The notes beneath the pieces are model-generated. The model ran no database searches. It saw only the letters and a program-made list of their open reading frames with translations, and had not been told where the DNA came from. A DNA stretch of 63,946 nucleotides, filler included, from Octopus bimaculoides (Eukaryota), in NCBI RefSeq assembly GCF_001194135.2. It is 4 parts of 4 records of this genome, joined end to end, with 100 filler letters (N's around TTAATTAATTAA, not from the genome) between each part and the next. Parts side by side here need not be neighbours in the genome. Positions count along the whole stretch, not along the records: positions 37,877 to 61,817 come from NC_068984.1; positions 61,918 to 63,946 come from NW_026335667.1; 2 more parts are not named here. One strand, written 5' to 3'. Of this stretch, positions 50,060 to 63,946 are shown one piece after another. Each line of letters opens with the position of its first letter. Within the stretch, counting starts at the first letter, position 1. A program made the position numbers and the translations under genes.

Positions 50060-52438
50060 TGTGTCAAACAACACGACTTTTATTCAGTACTACGACTTTT
50101 CACAAAACATTCATAAATCATATAGTGCTGGTCATTTTGATTAAAAGGGTCTGAAACATTTTTTAAAAGTTAAAAATGATTTTTATTTCAATTTTTACTT
50201 TTCATGAATTAAACAGAGGTGGAGGGGGAGAACCTATGACTTTTTCGGGTCCACCAAATCTGAGAGAGGAAAGGAGGAAGTTATTCCCAGACCAGACACC
50301 TGATCCAAATATTTTCAAAAAAGTGCACTCCGCTAAAGGTACTGTAGGTAGAGGTGTTAATCTGAACGACGGAGTTACAAAGGGAGTTGAAGTCTTTTCT
50401 ACTAGGGATTTGCCAACGAGAGTGAAAATAGCCAAAACAGAAAATCGGAATCAGATTTCTGGCACTGCTTGCTGGCAGTTTACTTGTCTTCTCAACTAAA
50501 TGTGCTTTATCAGTTTATGAATATTTTAAGAATTGATCTAGAAGTATTTATGGAAGGGATTAAGTATTTATGAAAGAGATTAAGCAAGATATAATCTTTG
50601 ATCATATCTTACAGTAGACCATCCTTAAATCCCACATAATCCATCCCTAAAATGTTAAAACATAGTCCGTCTGATATCATGTCCACTTTGATTTTAACAG
50701 CGCTTATCATGGTTGGATTATAGACGCACCGTGGATGTCAATATTTGGCATGTCTGCCTACCCATCAAGAACTAAGTTTTATGTAACTAGTACATCAACT
50801 GTTTCAGTAGCACCTATCAACTATGTTGCTAACACAAATCTATCAGGTAGTTATGTAAGATATATCATCTATATAACAGAAATATCAACTATATATCTGA
50901 GATAAATATATCAACTGTGTCTAAGATATATATCAACTATTTATCTAACTTCATCTATAGACCCACGTGTGCATCAATTTTGGAATACTTGTAGTATTCA
51001 TCACAAGAGATTGGCGAGATAGACAGGTCATTGTGTATTTTTACTCGATTTGACTAACAAATACGAACATTTAACTTGACCAAACCCTATTTCTATGTCC
51101 CGTGAGAAATCTGTGATCCGTTCTGTCTCATGATGTCGTGAGTATTATTGAAACATAACTCAATATCATCAATAAATATGGGCGACATTAAATTTTCTCT
51201 TCTCTGAAAATCTTAAAGTGCAACCTTGCATTTCCCAAATAGAGCCGACATGTGTTCACTGCAAGGCTGAGCAGCATAACAGATAAGATGTCAACCCGAA
51301 ATATTCCAGTCGATAATCTAATTCTGCTTGTGACTTCAGTTGTGACTTCACTTCTTATCCATAACTGTATGAACCATGTTGTTGTTAGTCTTTTAATGGT
51401 ACTGACTATAGCGAATGCAGAGTGATTGTAGTATCTTCTTTTATTAGAATCTAATCATACAGTCAGTAACCTTTGATGATGTTGCGCTTCCTTAAACACC
51501 GCCACAGACTCCTTTCTTTTCTCTCGGCTCTTCATCGGTCATAAATAAAGTAATTTGTTTCCCAGTAATTTTGTAGAAACAATTTCAAGTAACCTTTGTA
51601 CAGTTTAAACAAAATTAAAGCATGCTCTGGACCAGTAGTTTTTGGCTACCCGAGTGTTGTACATGAAACTGGTAACTAATTTGAACATCGACTTCAGCGC
51701 GCATTGTTCTTCTCAACAAGTTGATGAGAGTTTCTCAGTAGAACTTGAGCTTTCCGTACCAATAGCCGACTAGATGCTTTTCCGTTCGGTAGTTTTGTAA
51801 TAACCGTTTAGAGATATAACTGGTGTTATATTTTTTGGAGAAATGTTTGCGCATTGCTCACTCTGCTACACATCATAGTTGCGCAATTTACTTACATTCC
51901 AGTTTACTCCTCCAGAATGACTATATATCACCTCGAGGAGGAACTTTTATAAATCTAATGATCTGACATTCTATGCTGTGGTATACAGTTAGTGGGTTTA
52001 TTGTAAACTTACAGCTGATAGACCTACATTTTTATAATTTCGCGACAAACCATTTGCCGAACAACTGGTAGTTCGTGTTGAAGGCTTAATCCATGAGCAT
52101 CTCTTATCGGTAGTTCATGTAGATTTATTGTAAAGTCGCAGCTAGTGGCTCGTGAATTCACAATTCACTTTGCACTTAATAATGATAACTAATTGCTCGA
52201 TATTTTTCCTGAGTCTATCGTCGTTTTTCTGGAGAGGTGTGTTGGTCAATCTGTGTTGGCGAATGGTAACTGCAAGTACAGTAGGTCATTCAATGTTCAA
52301 GAACTAAGAGCTTCAATTTATTCTAGGTGATCTTTAGTTAACTATAAATACCAAGGGTAACTTTAGATCAGCAAGTTCTCTTACGACTTGTGTCATGATC
52401 GTTCTTTCATGCAATAATTTATCAAAGGATATACTAAT

Positions 52439-52625
52439 TGTTATGTCTCAAGCTACTGCTATCTAGCACCTTCGGATGATCTCTACTCAACCGCTACACA
52501 ACTGCTACTCGACAGCAACTCAACAGCTACTCGACTGCTACTCAATACTCCTACCACGGCCAGACTACCTCTATTTATATGTCTTGGGAGATCCTACTTC
52601 TTCGCCTGGGGGCGTCGACACAACA
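52439..52625. mobile_element. 187-bp solo LTR (TRIM-like or small LTR)
   Basis: Begins TGTTATGTC, ends GACACAACA (8/9 inverted match, TG..CA); 5-bp TSD CTAAT at 52434-52438 and 52626-52630. Confidence 0.75.
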
Positions 52626-54391
52626 CTAATGTTCTACTTAAATCGCTTTGTGATTTATGTTTTCAGTTGTTTATAATATTCGTTCATTTCTATAGTTTCG
52701 TAAGTTGCTACCACATGTCTGTGCGATGGCGACAGTTCTATCCCAAAATATCGTTATGGCTTTAAATTTGGTTGTGGTTTTATGGCTTTCGCAGTTTTCT
52801 CGAAGGAAGGATTTACTGGTTTGCTGACCCTTTTTTTTTGGTGGTGTTGGTGGTGATTTTAGTAGCTTGAGGGCCATATATACATACTTGCATGTATACA
52901 TCCAGGTATGTATGTATGTATGTATGTATGTATGTATGTATGTACACATGTATGTATGTATGCATGCATGTAAGTATGTGTGTGTGTATGTATGCATGCA
53001 TAAATGTAATGTACATATATATGAATATAAATGTGTGTGTGTGGTTGTGTGTGTATGCAAGTACATGTATGTATCAGATGAAAAAAAAAGAAATTGGGGT
53101 ATGTCATTCCACGCGCGCGTCTGAGTAAACACACACACACACTGATATAACATACTATCCACACCAATATAAACACCTCCCCTCGTCTCTTTTCCCAATC
53201 AAACGATTATTTAACTATGTTAGAAATGCTAAAGTCAACTCTGATATAACATCGGTGAGATGTTCACGTCGAAACACGTCATTACTGGATCAAACCTACT
53301 CTACAACTCACTGCCAGTCGGTGGTGGTGGTGACGAGGGAAGCTAACAAAGTAATGGTGAGAGCGGTGGGGAAATGGAGGAGGGACGGAACGAGGGAGTA
53401 AAAGAGTAGGGCAAGGGTATAGAAAGCATGTGAATGTGTGAGAAATTATACTACCACCATCTTCACTACTGTCCGCCCCCACCACTACCATCACCACCAC
53501 TACCACTAACTTCACCATTACTACCACCACCATCACCATCTCCACCATCATCACTGCAAGCACCACTATCACAATTGCCTCCAACTCCACCACCAGCAGT
53601 AGAATCAGCAGGATCCCCCACTACAACCATCACCAATACCACCACACTCCCACCACCTCATGAAAGTGTTATTTCCAGTTATTAGTAAATCATATATCTC
53701 CCAACTCTTTCCCCTATTCCTATTAATCTTCGGCTAAAATGTTATCAAGACAAACATTTTTCTTTTTATTTTGTTTGCAAATGTTTCGCATTTCTCAACA
53801 CTAATCCTTTCCATATTATTTACATAGAGGCTTTCAAATTTGATTCAATGCCAGACGACAGGCTGACTCAAATCCTTGGCTTTTCTAGCAACAACTTGGC
53901 TGTGCTGGAGAACCAACAGTCTATCAAAGTAAATGTCGTATTCTACGTCATGAGTTCAAATACTGTGGAAATCAATATATTGAAAAGTATATAATTTAGA
54001 TGTCTTTCATATAGTTAGGACGAAAGGAATAGAAAAGCTTGGGGACTAGGGGTACAGCCGGAGGATACGTGTGCCTTGTGAGGTTTGTCATGTTGGCGGG
54101 TGGAGATCATATTAGTAGCAAAGTTGCATTTTGAAGAATTTAGTCAGCACTTTGTATAAGGGAGTGTGCAGTCAGTAGGAAGCACAGAAACTCCCTTTTT
54201 TTTCAACGTGTACAAACATTAATCAACATACAATCATATGCACGTAAATGCTAACATGCAAACACATACACATTTATACAAACGAACAAACACAGCTTGG
54301 TGTTGGTGTCTGAATCATTCAACTGAGACTGAATTGTGAAGTGTCTGCTTGACTCACAGATTCACTATTGCTAGGTACAAACCAATGAAGG

Positions 54392-54578
54392 CACATCTAT
54401 GTGGTCACTATACCTGTTAGATATAGCAGCCAAATCTCCTTTAGATTACACCCTACCCTCTTACAAAGAGAAGGGCACATTAACAACATATTTCCATATT
54501 ACTCGACGGAGTTGTCACGGCTGCAATACCTTTGATTATAGGTTTTCTCCATCAAGGCTAACCTAGTGTTAAACACCA
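54392..54578 (+). mobile_element. Dispersed repeat family C
   Basis: CACATCTATGTGGTC..GATATAGCAGCCAAATCTCC..GAAGGGCACATT..CAAGGCTAACCTAGTGTTAAACACC. Confidence 0.7.
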
Positions 54579-55375
54579 TTACAAGCTAAAGGATCTCTAG
54601 TTAATTACAATAAGATGCTTGCAATGACATGCACCATTTGAGAGGACAGATTTAAATGTCTACCGTTTCTTGTTAGAATCAGCAGTGGCAGAACGGCTTT
54701 GCATTTTTTCTGTTGGTGGGTGATACAAAATATTGGGGGTGACTAAATCTGCTATTCATTTCTCATCAAAAACATGCAGTCTCGTGCTTATATAAGAAAC
54801 TATTACTATAACCATCATGTTTTTCAAAGCTTTATGCAGTATCTGCTACACCCTGAGATACCTTGTTGTCGTACGGTAGTGTCATATCAATGTAGCATTG
54901 TATTTTTATATTGCATCAAAATTGCTTTATTGTGAAGTTTTCTTTACTGTCATTTTGGTTTTCCATCGCTTGTGTACAGTTTGTGCAATGTGAGATGTGT
55001 AATATTGCTGTGTGGTAATTGTGTTTGTACGGTGCGAGTGGTGTTATATGTTTTAGTGTCGAACAATGATTGTGTAGAGTATATGCTACGTAACTTACGT
55101 TTTATTTATTATTGCCTGATAATTGCATAGAAAGTCAGTTGTACTGTTGCGTAATTTTATTGGCAGGTGATTATATTGAGTATGTTGTGTAATATAGTTT
55201 GATGGGAATTCTGAAGAGTATGTTATGTATGTAGCATTTCCCACTTTGTGGAGCTTTCCTTGTTCAAAGTCTTTATTGTTACACTGTTAATTTTCCCTTT
55301 CACTTGGTTTTAAACCTAACTTTGTGGATTTGCTTTTCTTCCTTATATTAACCTTAATGTCTCAATCAAGAAAAG

Positions 55376-55376
55376 A

Positions 55377-55461
<85 letters not shown>

Positions 55462-55484
55462 CTTCTTCTTCTTCTTCTTCTTCT

Positions 55485-55582
<98 letters not shown>
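55376..55582. repeat. Serial compound microsatellite (CTA)n-(CTT)n-(CAT)n-(TAT)n
   Basis: Direct reading. Confidence 0.95.
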
Positions 55583-55583
<1 letters not shown>

Positions 55584-55698
55584 GTTTGACTTTTGCTTTG
55601 TATTTGTACACGTTGACTTCAAGTCTTACCCAGAGACCTCAAGAGACAACAAGTTAGAAGTTCATGTTGGTGTTATGCCTAGGGTGCCATATATTTGG

Positions 55699-55701
<3 letters not shown>
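55583..55701 (-). mobile_element. Probable Dong-type 3' UTR fragment
   Basis: Unique 119 bp between two (TTA)n tracts; minus strand GTCTCTGGGTAAGACTTG...AAAAGTCAAACA(TAA)n resembles R4/Dong 3' ends. No coding part. Confidence 0.5.
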
Positions 55702-55737
<36 letters not shown>

Positions 55738-55740
<3 letters not shown>

Positions 55741-56030
55741 TAGTTTTATTTTTATAACGTGCTTTCACTTCACTACCGAGCGCAGCTCTGTGCGCCTTGG
55801 GTATGTGCTGTGGTTTGCTGTGGTGCTCTTATGTTTACTGTATTGAAAGTGTTTTGCGTAGAATGTGTGCAGTACCCAGTAGTGCAATTTTCTGTATGTT
55901 ATATATATTTGTAAGTCCTGGTGTTTTTGTTATGTATTTGTCTGAATATTTTTTTATTATACCTAAGGCACCTACTATGATAGGAATTGTTTCTGTTTTT
56001 AGATTCCACATTCGAGTTATCTCTATTTCC

Positions 56031-56032
<2 letters not shown>
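55738..56032 (-). mobile_element. R4/Dong-clade 5'-truncated 3' end
   Basis: LEIEITRMWNLKTETIPIIVGALGIIKK...IQKIALLGTAHILRKTLS*, bounded by (TTA)n on both sides. Confidence 0.88.
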
Positions 56033-56095
<63 letters not shown>

Positions 56096-56114
56096 CATCA
56101 TCATCATCATCATT

Positions 56115-56329
56115 AAAGCGGCGAGCTGGCAGAATCGTTAGCACGCCGAGCGAAATGCTTAGCGGTATTTCGTCTGTCTTTACGTTCTGAGTTCAAATTC
56201 CGCCGAGGTCGACTTTGCCTTTCATCCTTTCGAGGTCGATAAATTAAGAACCAGTTGCGTAGTGGGGTTGATCTAATCGACTGGTTCTCTACTTCCAAAT
56301 TTCAGGTCTTGTGCCTATAGTACAAAGGG
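56115..56329 (+). mobile_element. SINE family A (tail type 1), full length with (TTA)n tail
   Basis: Close to consensus: AAAGCGGCGAGCTGGCAGAA...GAGTTCAAATTCCGCCGAGGTCGACTTTGCCTTTCATCCTTTCG. Confidence 0.93.
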
Positions 56330-56344
56330 TTATTATTATTATTA

Positions 56345-60500
<4,156 letters not shown>

Positions 60501-61214
60501 TCATTATCACTGTTATTATTACCTTCACTGTTATTATTTTCACTTTTTTACTACTATTTGTCATTGTTAATATTTCCTCTGATCCGACATGAGTATTGGC
60601 TAAATTATTATTATTATCATTCTTACCACCATCACCATTATTACCATCATTATTATTATTTCCATTTATTATTAAAAGGTATTATTGGATGTTGTTTAGT
60701 TTCAACTTTTGTCTTGTACTTGAGATGATCATAAATATGTGAGTGTTTAAGGGAATAGTAGAAGCAAGATAGACAGCTTGGTGAATGGATTAAATTCCAC
60801 AGGTCTGTAAATAGATTCGGCAGATGGTGAAAAGATCAGCAATAGGCATTCCTGTGCAATAAGGAGACAAAAGCGACCTCACACCCTTGAGGCCGGCGTA
60901 AGTCAAATGTGTTTACTACTACTAACGATCGATGAGAGCGCTGACCTTGGCCTTGGAAAGAACAAATTCACCTTGTTCTATTTTCAATTACTGATAGAAA
61001 AATAATTATATATACATATACTGGTGTTCACCTTGTTGAATTTTTGAATTTCTGAATTCTTTTTTCGAAATTTTTCTTTTCTTTTCATAAGTTTTGCTGT
61101 GGTTTACAGTTTTTGTAATTGTGCAGTTTGTATATATTGGCAGTTGATAACCTTCTTAATTCTTTTTTTAAAGCAAGTTTACATATTCGGGTAGTCAAGG
61201 AAAAAAGAAAGATA

Positions 61215-61645
61215 AAATTTTCACACAAAATTGTAGATATTAAAGTTTCTAAATTTTTTTGGACATGTATGTCCAGTCAGAGAAGAATGTAGTGTTTTTG
61301 CAATGAAAAGGATGTTTACATTTTCGAATACTCATGGAGAAAGGAAAACAAAAAAAAAGGAGAGTAATATTTTCACAGGAAATTGTAGATATTAAAGTTT
61401 TAAAATTTACTAGAGATGATCTTTTGTTTGTCCGAACAGAGAAAACTGTAGTGTTCCTAGAATAAAGAGGATGTTTACATTTTCGAATACTCAGGGAGAA
61501 AGGAAAGGATAGGCATTCACAGAAGTTGTAGATATAAAAGTTTTTAAAGCTGATCGTTTGTGTATTCGAAAATTGTAGATATGTAAGTTTCTTAATTTAT
61601 TTTGAGGGACATTTAAAATACTCACATGAAATTGTTGATATTCCA
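61215..61645. repeat. Degenerate 150-160-bp tandem repeat
   Basis: TTGTAGATAT at 61231, 61383, 61526, 61573; 25-mer GGATGTTTACATTTTCGAATACTCA at 61310 and 61469. Confidence 0.75.
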
Positions 61646-61817
61646 GTCTTTGAGAGTTATTTTTCAGTTGTCCTGCTGGGTTGTGTTAGTGTTTTTTCTC
61701 GTTGCTGTCTTCTTCTTCTTCTTCTTCTTCTTCTTCTTCTTCTTCTTCTTCTTCTTCTTCTTCTTCTTCTTCTTCTTCTTCTTCTTCTTCTTCTTCTTCT
61801 TCTTCTTCTTCTTCTTC

Positions 61818-61917
61818 NNNNNNNNNNNNNNNNNNNNNNNNNNNNNNNNNNNNNNNNNNNNTTAATTAATTAANNNNNNNNNNNNNNNNNNNNNNNNNNN
61901 NNNNNNNNNNNNNNNNN
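61818..61917. other. Artificial scaffold-join spacer N44-TTAATTAATTAA-N44
   Basis: 12-mer at 61862-61873; preceded by (CTT)n. Confidence 0.95.
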
Positions 61918-61942
61918 ATATTATTTCAAAGCTATAAGGGAA

Positions 61943-62598
61943 ATGAGAAAGGAGCATATGCGGCATATTTGGCTTTATGAGTTCAACAAAGGAAACAACG
62001 CAAAGAAAATGCGAGGAATATTAATGCAGTACATGGAGATCAGACAATAAGTGTAAGCTAGTGTCAGCGATGTTTCCAAAACTTCTGAGTCGGAAACTAC
62101 AGCCTAGAGGACAAGCCTCGTCCTGCGAGATCTGAAGAGAAACTAGCAGAGATGCTTAGATTTGGTCATTCAACCATTCGTAAACACCTGCGTGCCATCG
62201 GAAAATGAGCATCTTTGGTTTCAAGACGACAGGTATTCTGCCATCAAAACAATGCTCGACCGCATACAACAAGGATAACATTCGAAATTCTGGAGTAGTC
62301 TGAATAGGAAACGATGCCCTACCCATTATAAACGCCGGATATTGCTCCATATGATTACCATTTATTGAATAGTATTCAAAATTATTAGGACGAGAAAATA
62401 TGAATTCGGTAGACGAGGAGAGAATAGTAGTGGAGGATTATTTTTTGTCATGAATAAGTGAAATTTGGAAGAGCGTAGTTGCATGTCTACCAGATATATT
62501 GCCGACAATGAGTTTCGATTAAAAATTAACATAATTTATTCAATTTTGAAATATAAAGCAAGCATAAAAATCGCCATTAGTTATGGGATGAACCATTA
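61943..62598 (+). mobile_element. Internally deleted mariner (DD34D) transposon pseudogene
   Basis: MRKEHMRHIWLYEFNKGNNA (N-terminal HTH), GNYSLEDKPR, HQNNARPHT..P(Y)PL*TPDIAPYDYHL with 34-residue spacing; TIR-like 3' end AATCGCCATTAGTTATGGGATGAACC. Confidence 0.85.
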
Positions 62599-63331
62599 TG
62601 TATATATACATATGTATGCATGTATGTATGTGTATATATATATATATATAAATGTATATCTGTATATATATATATATATGTATATATATNNNNNNNNNNN
62701 NNNNNNNNNNNNNNNNNNNNNNNNNNNNNNNNNNNNNNNNNNNNNNNNNNNNNNNNNNNNNNNNNNNNNNNNNNNNNNNNNNNNNNNNNNNNNNNNNNNN
62801 NNNNNNNNNNNNNNNNNNNNNNNNNNNNNNNNNNNNNNNNNNNNNNNNNNNNNNNNNNNNNNNNNNNNNNNNNNNNNNNNNNNNNNNNNNNNNNNNNNNN
62901 NNNNNNNNNNNNNNNNNNNNNNNNNNNNNNNNNNNNNNNNNNNNNNNNNNNNNNNNNNNNNNNNNNNNNNNNNNNNNNNNNNNNNNNNNNNNNNNNNNNN
63001 NNNNNNNNNNNNNNNNNNNNNNNNNNNNNNNNNNNNNNNNNNNNNNNNNNNNNNNNNNNNNNNNNNNNNNNNNNNNNNNNNNNNNNNNNNNNNNNNNNNN
63101 NNNNNNNNNNNNNNNNNNNNNNNNNNNNNNNNNNNNNNNNNNNNNNNNNNNNNNNNNNNNNNNNNNNNNNNNNNNNNNNNNNNNNNNNNNNNNNNNNNNN
63201 NNNNNNNNNNNNNNNNNNNNNNNNNNNNNNNNNNNNNNNNNNNNNNNNNNNNNNNNNNNNNNNNNNNNNNNNNNNNNNNNNNNNNNNNNNNNNNNNNNNN
63301 NNNNNNNNNNNNNNNNNNNNNNNNNNNNNNN

Positions 63332-63770
63332 TGTATATATTTGTTTGAGTTTGTTCAAACGCTTCGTAGCGCGATGTTTCCTCCTATCCTTGAGGGCTTG
63401 GGATAAAAAATTGTCCCTTTCTCACTTTGTATAAGGAATACTGAATGTTTCATGCATAACATGCCTGAAAGTCAGGCACTCCAGCGTCCCTGGTGATGGA
63501 CCTCATTGACTTGCAGGGATCCCTGTCTGCCATGGCCTGAATATTAACAAAATTCAGGTGTTCTTTTCTTCTCAGAACGACCAGAAGGAGCTTTCCAAGA
63601 TGCCATAGCTCCGTAATCACTATTACACTCAGCCTACTCTTTCCGAATTCACTGCACTGTCCGAAGATTGATATCCAAACACTCTGAAATGATCGCATTG
63701 GCGCTTCGCTGGGAATGCCAATCAATACAGCATGTCGTATCCATATTTCTGGCAGTGCAAATTGCGTCAT
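63332..63770 (-). mobile_element. Tc1/mariner-superfamily (DD37D/maT-like) transposase N-terminal fragment
   Basis: Across frameshifts: MTQFALPEIWIRHAVLIG..ISECLDINLRTVQ..KKRTPEFV..IQAMADRDPCKSMRSITRDAGV..RKGQFLSQ..KRLNKLK. Family assigned from recalled sequence similarity; catalytic domain not visible. Confidence 0.72.
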
Positions 63771-63915
63771 GGTACTCTTTTTCTTACAGAAGGTGCCCAA
63801 CTGACCCTCCTATGCTGTGCATTTTACAAAATCAGTAACAAACATTATGAAATCATAAACAAACATTATACACATATATATACATATACACATACACATG
63901 TATATTCATACATAG

Positions 63916-63946
<31 letters not shown>

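Noticed and set aside
51959-52625. Longer alternative boundaries for the 52-kb LTR (starts at 51959 or 52194)
   Set aside because: They match only 3 of 4 terminal bases; the 52439 start gives an 8/9 terminal inverted repeat plus the 5-bp TSD.
54880-55260. Possible CR1/L2 3' remnant on the minus strand
   Set aside because: Only a vague compositional resemblance; no alignable motif.

Overview
AT-rich, gap-riddled animal genomic DNA dominated by microsatellites and transposable-element debris. The SINE families and microsatellite density suggest an octopus or other coleoid cephalopod (inference). I found no recognisable host gene, rRNA, intact tRNA or CRISPR array. Almost all ORFs in the track are artefacts of N-gaps or simple repeats. 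Supported content: about 19 copies of one tRNA-derived SINE (family A, three alternative 3' tails); 3 clear copies of a second SINE with an internal microsatellite (family B); a third dispersed repeat (family C); a near-full-length but decayed R4/Dong-clade non-LTR retrotransposon (56.3-60.5 kb) whose RT is interrupted by a 620-bp solo LTR with a 4-bp TSD; four more Dong fragments, three of them 3' ends in (TAA)n tracts; Penelope-like elements (a Neptune-type RT-GIY-YIG, an RT fragment of another type, a fold-back end, hammerhead-like relics); L1/Tx1 and RTE-like 3' fragments; a DD34D mariner; a DD37D/maT-like transposase fragment; two Tigger/pogo-type MITEs; a 187-bp solo LTR; and an 18-bp minisatellite. 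Three N44-TTAATTAATTAA-N44 spacers are artificial scaffold joins, so adjacency across them is not guaranteed. I do not see a novel multi-gene system. The best leads are the (TAA)n-centred retroelement nesting with opposite SINE/Dong polarity, SINE tail swapping, the two solo LTRs, an unexplained 46-47.5 kb segment (268-codon ORF and a perfect 18-bp hairpin), and a few candidate exons and cis-regulatory motif clusters.
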